64,000 bases of DNA. Source: an uncultured Chloroflexia bacterium. Lineage in GTDB: Bacteria; Chloroflexota; Dehalococcoidia; DSTF01; JALHUB01. A program made the position numbers and the translations under genes. Under the pieces are notes generated by a model. The model was not told where the DNA came from and searched no databases. It saw only the letters and a program-made list of their open reading frames with translations. The stretch's first letter is position 1; each line of letters opens with the position of its first letter. Shown piece by piece: positions 1-10,766 of this stretch. The stretch covers positions 981,789 to 1,045,788 of the forward strand of contig OY970386.1 in NCBI GenBank assembly GCA_963719465.1, in the 5' to 3' direction.

Positions 1-79
1 AAGGAAAGCGAACGCTTCTGGCACAAATAAGACGCGCGCCGAGCCGCGAGCCGAAGAAGGCGGCGGAGGCTGATAAGCG

Positions 80-580
80 CTAGCGCAGCCGGAACGTTGG
101 TTTCCGGACCATCTCGCCCATAGCGGCGTCGCGCAGTTTCTGGCAGGCGCCTTTCAACTGGTCCAGCTCGCGGGCGCCGAGCTTGGCGAAAAGCTTCTCG
201 CTTGCGGCGTTGGCGACGCCGAAGGCTTCCTGGAACTTCTTGCGGCCCTTGTCCGTGAATTCGACGAGCCTCTTGCGGCGGTCCTTCGGGTCGCCGTGGG
301 TGTTCACCCAGCCCTTGGCCTCGGTGCGATCTACCAATCCGGTCAGGCTGTTCGGCTCTTTCACCATCCAGGAGGCGAGCTCACTGATAGCCAGCGGTCG
401 CCGCTCGTAGGCGAGGAGGGCGAGCAGTTGCAGTTGAGGCAGCGATATGCCGTGGGGAATGATTGACAGCTCCTGCACTTTGAACACCGCGTTGTAAGCC
501 TCATAGAGCGAGTACCAGTTGCCCAGCACCTTTTCTTTGTCCTGAGGCTTTACTTTTACAGCCCGCGTCCTTGTTGCCAC
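80..580 (-). CDS. MarR family transcriptional regulator
   Basis: 166 aa. Winged-HTH MarR signature (LTxxQxxxL...DRRxxxxxLTxxG). Divergent from the second MarR at 858. Confidence 0.85.
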   Translation of the reverse strand: MATRTRAVKVKPQDKEKVLGNWYSLYEAYNAVFKVQELSIIPHGISLPQLQLLALLAYERRPLAISELASWMVKEPNSLTGLVDRTEAKGWVNTHGDPKDRRKRLVEFTDKGRKKFQEAFGVANAASEKLFAKLGARELDQLKGACQKLRDAAMGEMVRKPTFRLR

Positions 581-857
581 TTGTCAACCTCCGTTCTTGG
601 TGATACGCTCGACAGGACAATTCTTTAGTGGGACTTTAGCCAAACCGCGGCAGCCCGCCGCCAATTCTGCCGTAATGCTGATTCTTAATCCTGAACGTCC
701 TCGGTCGACCTCTTCTCATACAGCTTACTTTCATTCCTACCTCCAATGCTTCCGGCTGTCAAGTAGAGCTCTCGACTGTAGACTACTAAACGTTGTTGCT
801 TTATTGCCAAAATGCACCATATAATGACAACATCAGAATTCAAAATAAGGAACCGAG

Positions 858-1310
858 ATGAATACTGAACCTTCCCCCCAGAACGGCGCTGAAGAACCCC
901 TGTTGTTATCGGCGGCTTATGTCATCATGCGCAAGCATACAGAGCGCGCGCTTGCACGGTGGAACCTCACCGTGACGCAGGCGCTCACCCTTGGCATCCT
1001 TGACGGCATGAAGTCTTCCATCATGGTAAGCCGGCTGGCCCGCCTGCTCATCCAGGAAAGTCCGAGCACGAGCACGCTGGTTGACCGGATGGTGGAGCGC
1101 GGCCTTGTCGACAGGCTTCCCGATCCGAAGGACCGGCGCAAGGCGCTCATCAAGCTGACCCGAAAGGGCCGGGCGCTGCTCAACGAGGTGCGGCCGCAAC
1201 TGCGAACGGCCACTGAGGAGTTGTTCGCGCCTCTGTCCAAAAACCAGCGGGCAGGCTTGACCGACGCTCTGCGCACGTTCAGGGACGCGAACATCCGCCG
1301 CCTGAAGTAG
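858..1310 (+). CDS. MarR family transcriptional regulator
   Basis: 150 aa. MarR wHTH motif (DPKDRRKALIKLTRKG). Paralogue of the MarR at 25988. Confidence 0.85.
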   Translation: MNTEPSPQNGAEEPLLLSAAYVIMRKHTERALARWNLTVTQALTLGILDGMKSSIMVSRLARLLIQESPSTSTLVDRMVERGLVDRLPDPKDRRKALIKLTRKGRALLNEVRPQLRTATEELFAPLSKNQRAGLTDALRTFRDANIRRLK

Positions 1311-1320
1311 CAGGCGGTAG

Positions 1321-1980
1321 ATGCTGTCCGACTCAGCTTCCCGCCGACCGACGAGCGAAGCTGTTGTCTTCCCTTCAGGCGAGTCCGAACTCGAAGGCGT
1401 CCTTCATCATCCCGTCAGGGGCGAAGCTCCCTTTTCGGCGGCGGTCGTCCTTCAGCCGCATCCACTGTACGGCGGCGACATGCACAACAACGTCGTCGTT
1501 GCGCTTTGCCGGACGCTGGCGGACGAGGGGTTCGCCGCGTTGCGGTTCAATTTCCGCAGCGTGGGCGGTAGGGGCGGCCTGCGCGGGAGCGGGATCGAGG
1601 AGCGCGAGGATGCCCGCGCGGCGCTGGCCTTTCTTGCCTCTTGCCCGGGAGTCGATGCCGGCCGGTTTTGCCTTGCCGGCTACTCCTTCGGCGCCGTCGT
1701 CGCGCTCTCGCTCGGCGAATTGGGCCTGCGGGCCCTGGCTGCGGTCTCCCCGCCGCTTGGCGAAGGCTTATCTTTCAGGCTGACCTGTCCCACGTTGTTA
1801 GTCTTCGGCGAGCGAGACAGCATTGCGCCGCCCCGCGACCAGGCGCGGTTGGGGCTCGATCTGCCCGAAGGAAGCCGCGCGCTGACCATTCGAGGAGCCG
1901 ACCATTTCTGGCTGGGATTCGAGGAGAGCCTGGCGGGAGAGGTGGGCTACTTCTTCATTGGACGGACGCGGCCGGCGTAG
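1321..1980 (+). CDS. alpha/beta hydrolase (dienelactone hydrolase/BAAT-like)
   Basis: 219 aa. GYSFG nucleophile-elbow motif and a C-terminal GADHFW motif. Start codon uncertain. Confidence 0.7.
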   Translation: MLSDSASRRPTSEAVVFPSGESELEGVLHHPVRGEAPFSAAVVLQPHPLYGGDMHNNVVVALCRTLADEGFAALRFNFRSVGGRGGLRGSGIEEREDARAALAFLASCPGVDAGRFCLAGYSFGAVVALSLGELGLRALAAVSPPLGEGLSFRLTCPTLLVFGERDSIAPPRDQARLGLDLPEGSRALTIRGADHFWLGFEESLAGEVGYFFIGRTRPA

Positions 1981-1983
1981 ACG

Positions 1984-3255
1984 CTATTCGTGGCGGAGCG
2001 CCTCGATGGGATTGAGGCGAGAGGCCCGGTACGCGGGGTAGATGCCGAAGAACAAGCCTATGCCAGCCGATACGCTGAACGCGACGATGATGGAGAACGG
2101 CGTGATGGCGGTATAGAGGTCGCGGCCGAACAGGTGTTGTCCGTTGGCCACTTTGGCCAGCAGGACGCCGGTGCCGACGCCGATCAGGCCACCGAGCATC
2201 GTCACGGTCAGCGCCTCGACGATGAACTGCCAGAGGATGTCCACTCTGCGGGCCCCTAGCGCCTTGCGAATGCCGATCTCCCGCGTTCGCTCGGTCACGG
2301 AAACGAGCATGATGTTCATGATGCCGATCCCACCGACGATCAAGGAGATGCCAGCGATGCTGGCGAGCAGCACCGTCAGCGTCTGCGAGACCTGGCTGGC
2401 GGTGTCCACCAGGTCGGACTGCGACTCGATGGTGAAATCGTTCTTGTCGACGCCATGGCGGTCGCGGAGGAGCGCCGATATCTCCTCTTTTGCCTGAGCG
2501 AACTTGCTGGCGCCGGTGAGTTTGACCGTTATCTGGTGAACGTTGGCCACTCCTTTAGGGTTTCGAATGTAAGAGATGCGGTCCTGCATCGTCGGTAGAG
2601 GAATGATCATCATGTCGTCTTCGTCTTCGGTGGCGTTGGCGCCCTTTGGTTCCATCACTCCGATGACTTGAAAGTTGAAGCTGAAGTAGACGCCAAAAGC
2701 GCCCACTGTCACACGAACCGTCCGCCCGGTGGGATCAACGCCGTCGCCGAAGAGGCGCGCGGCAAGATTAGGCCCCAGGTCGGCAACCAGTCCTTTTCGC
2801 GTGATGTCATCGTCGTTGATAAATCTGCCAGTCGCGACGTAGTGGTTACGGGTCACCTGGTAGCCAGGCGTCACGCCGCTTATGTTGACGGATACGCTCT
2901 TCCCGTTAGCTACGACGGGAGCGGTGAAAAAGACCTGTCCGACGGCGCTCTCCACATATGGGAACCGGTCGGGATTGTTTATGGCAGCAACGTCCGTGTC
3001 GACGAGTGTGAGGACGGTGTCGCCAAGGGGATTGTTCGTCGGGTTGTCGTCCTTGGTGCCCGGGCGAATGAACAGGAGATTGCTGCCCAACCCCTGAATG
3101 CGGCTGGTGATACCTTTCGAGGCGCCCTGGCCGGCGGCCATGAGGGAGATGACGGCGCCGACGCCGATGATGATGCCCAGCATGGTCAGCATCGAGCGCA
3201 TTTTGTTGGCGGCGAGGGCGCGGAGGGCGATGGGGATGGTGTCGAAAAGGTTCAT
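1984..3255 (-). CDS. ABC transporter permease, MacB/FtsX family
   Basis: 423 aa. N-terminal TM, large periplasmic domain and C-terminal FtsX 3-TM bundle. Last gene of the adaptor-ATPase-permease operon. Confidence 0.85.
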   Translation of the reverse strand: MNLFDTIPIALRALAANKMRSMLTMLGIIIGVGAVISLMAAGQGASKGITSRIQGLGSNLLFIRPGTKDDNPTNNPLGDTVLTLVDTDVAAINNPDRFPYVESAVGQVFFTAPVVANGKSVSVNISGVTPGYQVTRNHYVATGRFINDDDITRKGLVADLGPNLAARLFGDGVDPTGRTVRVTVGAFGVYFSFNFQVIGVMEPKGANATEDEDDMMIIPLPTMQDRISYIRNPKGVANVHQITVKLTGASKFAQAKEEISALLRDRHGVDKNDFTIESQSDLVDTASQVSQTLTVLLASIAGISLIVGGIGIMNIMLVSVTERTREIGIRKALGARRVDILWQFIVEALTVTMLGGLIGVGTGVLLAKVANGQHLFGRDLYTAITPFSIIVAFSVSAGIGLFFGIYPAYRASRLNPIEALRHE

Positions 3256-3262
3256 CGCGGCC

Positions 3263-4007
3263 TCATTTGGCTGGCTGCTCGGCGGTGGCAGGCGCCGGCA
3301 CGTTCATTGCCGATCTGTCCTGGAAAGCAACGGGCGTGTTAGGCTCATCGCTTACGACCTGGCCGTCGCGCAGCTTCACTATACGGCGAGTGTGATAGGC
3401 GACTTCGAGGTCATGGGTCACGAAAGCGACGGTTATGCCCAGGTCGCGGTTCAGCGCCTCGAAAAGTCCCATGATCTCATGGCTGGTGTTCGTATCGAGG
3501 GCGCCGGTAGGCTCATCGGCGAGAAGAAGCGTCGGGCGGCTGACGATGGCACGCGCGATAGCCACCCGTTGCTGCTCGCCGCCGGAAAGCTGTGTCGGAC
3601 GGTGATGCACGCGCGTCGCGAGCCCCACCTCGACGAGCGCCTGTCGGGCGACCTTTCCCCGGTTGTGGGCTCCGCGATAGACAAGCGGCACCTCTACCTG
3701 CTCCAAAGCGGTCAGTCGGGGCAGAAGGTTGAAGCTCTGGAACACGAAGCCGATACGGCGGTTGCGGATGCGAGCGAGGGCACCGTCGCTGAGGCTGCCG
3801 ACTGTCACGCCGTCGAGGCTGTACCTACCGTTTGTCGGGAACGTCCAGGCAGCCGACGATGTTCATGAGGGTCGACTTGCCTGAGCCGGAGGGCCCGATT
3901 ATGGCTATGAACTCGCCGTCTTCGATCTGCAGGCTGAGAGAGCGGAGGGCGTAGATCGGGATGTCGCCCGTGCGGTAGATCTTGTCGATGTTTTCCAGCG
4001 TGATCAC
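3263..4007 (-). pseudogene. ABC transporter ATP-binding protein (MacB/LolD-like), interrupted by a +1 frameshift
   Basis: N-terminal 60 aa (Walker [10 protein letters not shown]) in ORF 3825..4007. The Q-loop, LSGGQ, Walker B and H-loop lie in ORF 3263..3808 in another frame. On the minus-strand reading, GACAAACGGTAGG (around 3826) creates an in-frame TAG; removing one T restores ...VPDKRRYSLDG.... Confidence 0.8.
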
Positions 4008-4020
4008 GGTCGTGCCCGGG

Positions 4021-5970
4021 CTATTGGAAATGGCCGGGAAGCTGTTGGTCTGCGGTCGCCGGCGTGGGAGTTGCGGCCGCGTGCACGGCCAGGATGTCGC
4101 CGACTTTGACCCCGCTTGTGATCTCGATGTTATCGCCGTCGCTGAGGCCGGTGGTCACCGGCACCATCTGCGTTTTGCCCTTAGTGACCTCTACCTCAAC
4201 AACGTCTTGGACGCCGCGACTTCTGACGAGGGCGCTGGGGATGGCAACGACATTCGGCCTGGTATCGGTGACAATGCTGGCGGAGCCATTCATGCCGGGC
4301 GCGATCTGCTGAGTGCTTGTCGCGTCGCCCGGGTCGGGGCTGATCGTGCACTTGACCCTGTAAATGATTACGCCCTGGCTTGTGGTGGGTGACAGGCTGA
4401 CCGCGGCCACTTGAATCGGGAAAGAGTAGGCCGGGAGACCGTCAAATCTCACGGTGCCCTGCTCGCCAAGCCTGACCGATGCCAGATCCGTCTCGCCCAC
4501 GTTCAACTCAAAGACCATGGCGCCGGGGGTAAGGACGGTCACGGCCGGAATTGTAGCGTTCACGACCTGGCCTATCTTCACCGGAAGCGCCGACACCACT
4601 CCGTCGAAGGGAGAGGTGAGCGTCATGTCTTTCACGGCGAGGTTGGCCCTCTGGACCGCCAGCTCCGCCTGATGCACCTGCTCCTGCTGCATCGCCAGCT
4701 CGGTAGCGGTGGCGCCGGCGGTCACCTCATTCTGCGCTATCTGGGCGGCCAGGACGTCGGCCTGGGCCTTGTCGACGGCGGCCTGGAGGTCTGCCTTCTG
4801 GGTGTCCGTGGGGCCGTCGATCAGCCTCTGCAGCGCGGCGTTGGCGGCGTCCACTCCGGACTGAGCGGCGGTCACCGCTTGCTCAGCAGCATCGATGTCG
4901 TTCGAGCTGGCGCCTTCGTTCGCGCTCTCCAGCGCCTTCTGCGCGGCGTCGCGGCCTGAAGTTGCAGCGGTCACGGCGTCATTCGCCGTGCTGACGCCGG
5001 CGATGGCGCTGCGGTAGGTGTCGTTGGCGGTTGCCAGCGCTGAGGTGTAGTCAATCAGAACGGCCGGGGTGGCGGTCAAGAGCTCATGGACCTGATCGCT
5101 CGTCAGCACGTCTTGATAGTTGTTCGAGTGGAGGCTGTCGCAGATGTCGGCGAGGGCGCCGCCGTTCAGGCAGTAGCCCATTCCCGCCGCCTCGAAAGCG
5201 CTCTGGGCGTCCGCCTTCTGAGCCGTGGCGATGTCGAGGGCGTTTTGTGCCTCGGTAACCTTTGCCTTCGCGGCGTCCAGGGCGGCCTGAGCGGCGGCGA
5301 CGTTGGCGTCGCTGGCGCCCTTCTTGAGCGTGTCGAGCTTGTCCTGGGCAGCGGAGAGGGTAGCTTCTGCAGTATCGACGGCCTGGTGGGCGGCGGTGAG
5401 CTCGGTGTCGGTGGGCGGATCGGTGGCGTCCTTGAGAGCGTTCTGGGCGGTTTCCATCTCGGTGTTCGCCGTGACGACGGCCTCCGCCGCCTTTCCGAGA
5501 TCAGTATCGGTCGCGCCCTCCTGCAGCTTCTGCAACTCAAGCTGCGCCAGCGTCAAGGCGGACTGGGCGGTCGCGGCGGCATTCTGGACCTCGTCCGATT
5601 TCAGGCCAATCAGCGGCTGACCGGCTGTCACGTGGTCGCCAATGTTGACGTATATCGTCTCCACCTGACCCGGGGTCGTGAAGCTCAGATCGGCCTCGTC
5701 CTGGGCCTCAGAGACGCCGGCAGTCTGAACCATGGCGTGCAGGGTCATGGTGCCAACCGTATACGGTGTGTAGGGCTGCGCCTGCTGGCCGCCTCCGGCC
5801 ATGGCTTTGCTAATGAAGAACGCAGCTACGCCGCCGATGGCTAGCACAACGACAAGCGCAGCTATCCGTCGAAACCAGCGGGGACGCCCTTCATCCAGAT
5901 CCACCCCTTGCATTACCCACCTCCTGGAGAAGACCGCCGTCGGAATTCCGGCAATCGTAATCCAATACAA
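4021..5970 (-). CDS. efflux transporter periplasmic adaptor (HlyD/MacA family) with an unusually long Ala-rich coiled coil
   Basis: 649 aa. N-terminal TM anchor, HlyD-like lipoyl/beta-barrel segments, and a central alpha-helical hairpin of ~250 aa. First gene of the tripartite operon. Confidence 0.75.
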   Translation of the reverse strand: MYWITIAGIPTAVFSRRWVMQGVDLDEGRPRWFRRIAALVVVLAIGGVAAFFISKAMAGGGQQAQPYTPYTVGTMTLHAMVQTAGVSEAQDEADLSFTTPGQVETIYVNIGDHVTAGQPLIGLKSDEVQNAAATAQSALTLAQLELQKLQEGATDTDLGKAAEAVVTANTEMETAQNALKDATDPPTDTELTAAHQAVDTAEATLSAAQDKLDTLKKGASDANVAAAQAALDAAKAKVTEAQNALDIATAQKADAQSAFEAAGMGYCLNGGALADICDSLHSNNYQDVLTSDQVHELLTATPAVLIDYTSALATANDTYRSAIAGVSTANDAVTAATSGRDAAQKALESANEGASSNDIDAAEQAVTAAQSGVDAANAALQRLIDGPTDTQKADLQAAVDKAQADVLAAQIAQNEVTAGATATELAMQQEQVHQAELAVQRANLAVKDMTLTSPFDGVVSALPVKIGQVVNATIPAVTVLTPGAMVFELNVGETDLASVRLGEQGTVRFDGLPAYSFPIQVAAVSLSPTTSQGVIIYRVKCTISPDPGDATSTQQIAPGMNGSASIVTDTRPNVVAIPSALVRSRGVQDVVEVEVTKGKTQMVPVTTGLSDGDNIEITSGVKVGDILAVHAAATPTPATADQQLPGHFQ

Positions 5971-6078
5971 TAGGTCTAGCAGGTCGGGGGCTTTGCAGTC
6001 AAGGTTGTCGTGATGGATGTGACTTTTGGCTTGCCTCCGCCGGTGCTATGATCGGCGAATCGGACAGAAGCAAGCTCC

Positions 6079-7767
6079 ATGGCGAAAGGAATAAGGAAGA
6101 TGGGTCAGATCAACGGCGGCGAAGTGCTCGCACGAATGCTCGCGAAGGAAGGGATCAGGCAGGTCTTCGCGCTGCACGGCGGTCACATCGACCCCGTGAT
6201 TCAGGCGCTGCCGAAGTTCGGCATCAGCGTCTACGACACGCGCCACGAGGCGGCGGCCGGACACATGGCGGAAGGCTGGGCGCGGCTGACCGGCCAGCCG
6301 GGCGTCGTCGCGGTCACGGCCGGGCCGGGCATCGCCAACGTCGTCACGCCGGTCGCCAACGCCTTCGTCGACGCCGTGCCGATGGTCGTCATCGCCGGCA
6401 GGCACGCCCTGCAGGACGAAGATCGGCTCAGCCTCCAGGAGTTCGACGGCCGCAGGCTGCTGCAGCCCATCACGAAGTGGTCGCGTACGATCCTCGACCC
6501 GGCGCGCATCGCCGAGTACACGGCGATGGCGTTTCGTGAGGCAACGTCGGGCAGGCCGGGGCCGGTGCTCCTCGAAGTACCGATAGACGTGATGTTCGGC
6601 AAGGTGGACGAGGAGGCGGTGTGCGTGCCGGATGTGGCGAAGGCTTCTCCGCCGGCGCCCTCGCCGGAAGCGGTGGAAAACGTCCTTTCGCTGCTGGCGG
6701 AGTCGAAGAGACCCCTGATCGTCGCCGGCCGCGGCGGCTGGATCGCTGAGGGCGCCGAAACGCTGCGGCGATTCGCCGAAATGACATCGACGCCGGTTCT
6801 GGGGCACGGGCCGTCGCGCGGGGCAGTGCCGGAGGAAGGGCATCCGCTGGGCGCGGGAAGCCTGGGGACGCTGGCGGTGCTTGGCCTTCAGCCGGAAAAC
6901 GCTCCTGACCTGGTCATCCTGCTGGGCGCCCGCATCGGGCTGTTCTTCGCCGGCGGCACGTGGCTACCGGCGGACGCCAGGCTCATCCAGATAGACATCG
7001 AAGGCGCGGAGATAGGGCGCTGCCGCGACATCGAGCTCGGCATCGTGGCCGATTGCGCGGAGGCGCTGCGGTCGCTGGTAAAGGCAGCGGAAGGACGGCA
7101 GTTCCCCGATCGAAGCGCCTGGGCGTCGGCGCTGAAGGGCGCGCAGGGGGCCTGGCGCTTCCTGTACAGGGACGTTCTGGAGCCGGACGCGAAGCCGATG
7201 CACCCGCTGCGGCTGATGCAGGAGATAGACCGCTTCCTGGGCGATGACGACATCCTCGTCGTCGACGGCGGCGAGACGTTCGTCTGGATGCAGATGGCGG
7301 CGACGATGAATAAGCCGCAGCGCTTCATCTCTTACGGCTACCTGGGCTGCCTGGGCATCGGCATTCCCTTCGGCATGGCGGCGAAGATAGCGCATCCGGA
7401 GAAGCGCGTGCTGGTGGTGACGGGCGACGGCTCCGTCGGCCTCAACTTCGCGGAGTTCGACTCGGCGGTGCGGCACAAGCTGCCGATCGTCGTCGTCATC
7501 AACAACGACCAGGCGTGGGGAATGTCGAAGCACGAGCAGGAGTTGCGCGGCACGAAAGTCGTGGCGACGGAGCTAGGGCTGGTGCACTACGAGAAGGCGG
7601 CGGAAGGCTTCGGCGTCTACGGAGAGCTGCTGGACGACCCGACGAAGGTCGGCGAGGCACTGGAACGGGCTTTCGCGGCCGGACGCCCAGCCTGCCTGAA
7701 CGTGATTGTGGACCCGACGCCGCCCTCACCCTGGACGCAGGCATCGGCAGCGACGTTCCAGCTGTAA
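6079..7767 (+). CDS. thiamine pyrophosphate-dependent enzyme (acetolactate synthase / oxalyl-CoA decarboxylase-like)
   Basis: 562 aa. TPP N-terminal pyrimidine-binding domain, central domain, and a GDG...NN TPP-binding motif (VTGDGSVGLN...INND). Confidence 0.85.
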   Translation: MAKGIRKMGQINGGEVLARMLAKEGIRQVFALHGGHIDPVIQALPKFGISVYDTRHEAAAGHMAEGWARLTGQPGVVAVTAGPGIANVVTPVANAFVDAVPMVVIAGRHALQDEDRLSLQEFDGRRLLQPITKWSRTILDPARIAEYTAMAFREATSGRPGPVLLEVPIDVMFGKVDEEAVCVPDVAKASPPAPSPEAVENVLSLLAESKRPLIVAGRGGWIAEGAETLRRFAEMTSTPVLGHGPSRGAVPEEGHPLGAGSLGTLAVLGLQPENAPDLVILLGARIGLFFAGGTWLPADARLIQIDIEGAEIGRCRDIELGIVADCAEALRSLVKAAEGRQFPDRSAWASALKGAQGAWRFLYRDVLEPDAKPMHPLRLMQEIDRFLGDDDILVVDGGETFVWMQMAATMNKPQRFISYGYLGCLGIGIPFGMAAKIAHPEKRVLVVTGDGSVGLNFAEFDSAVRHKLPIVVVINNDQAWGMSKHEQELRGTKVVATELGLVHYEKAAEGFGVYGELLDDPTKVGEALERAFAAGRPACLNVIVDPTPPSPWTQASAATFQL

Positions 7768-7864
7768 CTGCCCCGAAGAAGCGCCCCTTTGGATGGCGAC
7801 CGGCGGTTCGGCAACCCGAACCGCCGGCGGGCAAGGCGCCAGCCGCGCCCGGCTAGCAACGGCG

Positions 7865-8797
7865 CTATGTCTCGTGGCGTCGAGACCGCGTCACCACGAA
7901 CGCTATCCCAACCGCAACGACAAGCATGGGCGCCAGCCACCACAGGAAGGCGCTCGTCACCAGCAGACCCGTCGCAATCGCCTTCAGGAACACAAGCGAC
8001 GAGCTCCAGCCGGCAGCGGCGGCGCTCAATGGGTCGGGGCCGCCTTTCGACGGCGCGGGCGGCGTCTCGCTGTAGAGGTGGACCTTTATCGTCGCATTCG
8101 CCGAAAGGTTGTCCATGACGTTGATCTGACCCTGGAGCTGCTCGATCTCCGTTCGCACGGGGGCCAGCCGGTCCTGCACCTTCAGGATGTCGTCGATGGT
8201 GTTGGCCTTGTTCAGTAGGTCGAGGTAGCGGTCTTCCACCGCCTGGGCGCTGCGGAGCCTGGCCTGCAGGTCGGTGTACTGGTCGGTAACGTCCTGCGCG
8301 TTCGAGGTCTGGCTATCGACGTGGATGGCCAGGGCGGCGAGCTTCTTCAGCGCGTCCTCGTAGGTCGCGGCAGGAACACGAAGCGTGAGGGTGGCGTCCG
8401 GCTTGTCCTGGGACGGCGATAGCGACGAGTCGAGCACGAGGCCGCCCTCATCCAGCGCGACTTGCGCCGCGTCCTGATAGGCGCGCGGCACGTCCTCCAC
8501 CTTCAGCTCCAGCGAAGCGTTCTGGATGACCTTGCGGTCGGCCGACGACGATGCGGCCGGCACCAGGTCAGTGCCGGCGGACTGCCCGCTCGTTTCCGCG
8601 GACTGCTGATTGGACGCGTCAGGCACCATCGGCGCCAGGCCTTGCAGCGTACCAGCCGCGACCTTCGGGTTGGATTGGCTGAGGTCGCTGGCATCGTTGG
8701 TACTTCCGTTGCCTCCTCCGCAGGCAATTAGCAGAACCGACAAGCCCACGACCACCACCGCCGCCGCCAAGCGCTTCGAGACGATGAGTCGAGCCAT
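7865..8797 (-). CDS. DUF4349-like lipoprotein (signal peptide/lipobox, coiled coil, C-terminal TM)
   Basis: 310 aa. N-terminal LIACGGG lipobox, central coiled coil, C-terminal double TM. Architecture typical of DUF4349. Confidence 0.55.
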   Translation of the reverse strand: MARLIVSKRLAAAVVVVGLSVLLIACGGGNGSTNDASDLSQSNPKVAAGTLQGLAPMVPDASNQQSAETSGQSAGTDLVPAASSSADRKVIQNASLELKVEDVPRAYQDAAQVALDEGGLVLDSSLSPSQDKPDATLTLRVPAATYEDALKKLAALAIHVDSQTSNAQDVTDQYTDLQARLRSAQAVEDRYLDLLNKANTIDDILKVQDRLAPVRTEIEQLQGQINVMDNLSANATIKVHLYSETPPAPSKGGPDPLSAAAAGWSSSLVFLKAIATGLLVTSAFLWWLAPMLVVAVGIAFVVTRSRRHET

Positions 8798-8846
8798 TGT
8801 TAACGCTCCTTTCCCTGAAGCACCGTCGCGGAACGATCAGCGACGC

Positions 8847-9597
8847 TTATTCGATGGCGAAGACGACCTGCACGGTGATATCGACGTCGAGCTGGCCCGT
8901 CTCGATGGGCGTCGACGGCCCGGCACCGGTAGCGGCGCCGAGGGGTGCCATGGCCGGCACGGGCTGAACGTTCGTACCCTCTGAGATGGATATCGGCGCG
9001 CCGAGCTTAACGCCCGCCGTATCGGCGATGCGCTGGGCGCGGGCCTTCGCGTCGGTCACCGCCTCGCCGCGCGCCTGGTCTTGCAGCGTCTCCGGGTTGT
9101 CGATGGTGAAGGTTATGCCCTGTACCTGGACGATGTCGCCGCCGGCCGCCGTCACGTCGTCGAGCACCTTGCTCGTGTTGTCGAACGTCGCGCACCTTGA
9201 CGGTCACTGTGTTGGTCACCCGATAGCCGATCAGCTTCGGCGTTCCGCTCTGCGGGTAGCTGTACTCCGGGGAGATGTCGTACTGGGTCGTCTGGACGTC
9301 CTTCTCATCGACGCCGTCGTTCTTGATGGCGTTGACGACGTTTTGCATGGTGCTGGCCGCATCGTCGCGCGCGTCCTTGACCGTCGCCTTCACCGTGCTG
9401 ACGCCGAGGCTCAACACGGCGGTGTCGGGAACGCCGCTGGCCTTCCCTTCGCCGCTGACGGTGATCCCCTGAGGGGTCGAGCCGCTGTCGGTGGCGGCGA
9501 GGCTCACCTTTTCCGTGCCGCAGGCGCTGCCCAGGGCCGCGAGCAAGCCGAGCCCGAGCAGGCCGACGATTCCGATGTACTTGCTGTTCTTGTTCAT
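8847..9597 (-). pseudogene. SIMPL domain (DUF541/BP26-like) secreted protein, frameshifted
   Basis: N-terminal part (signal peptide, MNKNSKYIGIV...RVTNTVTVKVRDV) is in ORF 9007..9678 and the C-terminal part (TFDNTSKVLDDVTAAGGDIVQVQGITF...) is in ORF 8847..9167. A one-base frame change sits near 9165-9175. AAGGAGAA RBS before the ATG at 9597. Confidence 0.75.
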
Positions 9598-9619
9598 GGC
9601 TGTTCTCCTTCTGAGATAC

Positions 9620-10729
9620 TTATGAGTGCCGGTTTGTCCGTATCCAACAACGTCGCATCCAAAACGCGGAAATGCCAAGGCCGACGAACAGGCCGCCGCC
9701 GATGCCCTCGAGGAGCCACAGCCACAGGTGCGACGACCCCTCGTTCGTCAGCTGGGTTCCAGCCGTCGTCGGCGGGACGCCCGCGGACCCGCCGCCGCTG
9801 GAGGAAGCCGGCCCATTACCCGCGAACGCTTCTTGCGCCGGCGTCGGCATCCCTTCGGACGGCGTGCCTGCGGCGGCCGCGCCGAGTGGCAGAGCCGGCG
9901 TGCCCACCTCCGGCGGCGTCCCCTCCGCGGGAGGCATCCCCGGCTCCCCGACGGGCGGGGGCGGAGCGAACGGCGTGCCCGCTGCCGGCGGCGTCCCCTC
10001 TATGAGAGGCATTGCCGGCGTCCCTCCGGGCGGGAGCAAACCAGACGGCGTGCCTGGAGGCTCCGACGTGACGACGGGCGGCGGCAGGAGCCCCGAGGAC
10101 TCGGCCCCCGGGCTCGTCGCGGTGCCTGGTGTGGCGGGAGGGACGGCAGTCTCGCCCAGGTTGTCGGCCTGTGTGGCCAGCGGAGTCACGGGGGGGACTA
10201 CTCCCGCCACACCAGGCACCGCCTTCGGCTCGTATTGGGGAGTGCCTTCGGCCTGGAGACTGCCGTTCTCCTCCAGAGGCCCTTCTTTGGGGGCCGCGGC
10301 CATCGACTTCTGTGAGGAAGCGGCGGGGACGGACGCCGGTCCACCTCCCTGCCCGCCGCCGCCCGAGACCACAAGATCGGCGCCGAGGGCCACGACGAGC
10401 ACCAGCGCGGCAACAACCGTCGCGCCGCTAAGGCCGAGGTATGCCCACTTCGCGGCCTTTGCCTGCCTGGCGACCTCCGATTCTCGCCGGCGACGCGCTT
10501 CTCCTAGCAGCTCCGGCGACAGCGCGAACGACCGCGGCGCTTTTGCTTCCGGCAGAGCGTTCAGCGTCGCCACGAGCTGCCGCAGCTCATCGAGCCGCTG
10601 GGCGCAGCCGGCGCAGGATCGAAGGTGCGCTTCAACGCGCGGGCGCTTCGACTCGGGAAGGGCTCCGTCGAGGTAGGCGGACAGATCGCTTTCATCTACC
10701 GGATGGCGGCCAAATGCAAAGAGCCTCAC
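9620..10729 (-). CDS. anti-sigma factor, zinc-finger (HxxxCxxC) type, with Pro-rich low-complexity region and C-terminal TM
   Basis: 369 aa. N-terminal HLRSCAGC zf-HC2 motif, a TM helix, and a long GTP/PA-rich repeat region. Sits directly downstream of the ECF sigma factor. Confidence 0.75.
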   Translation of the reverse strand: MRLFAFGRHPVDESDLSAYLDGALPESKRPRVEAHLRSCAGCAQRLDELRQLVATLNALPEAKAPRSFALSPELLGEARRRRESEVARQAKAAKWAYLGLSGATVVAALVLVVALGADLVVSGGGGQGGGPASVPAASSQKSMAAAPKEGPLEENGSLQAEGTPQYEPKAVPGVAGVVPPVTPLATQADNLGETAVPPATPGTATSPGAESSGLLPPPVVTSEPPGTPSGLLPPGGTPAMPLIEGTPPAAGTPFAPPPPVGEPGMPPAEGTPPEVGTPALPLGAAAAGTPSEGMPTPAQEAFAGNGPASSSGGGSAGVPPTTAGTQLTNEGSSHLWLWLLEGIGGGLFVGLGISAFWMRRCWIRTNRHS

Positions 10730-10766
10730 GGTCTTCTCCTCTTCAGGAAGTCGCCGGAAAGCGGCT

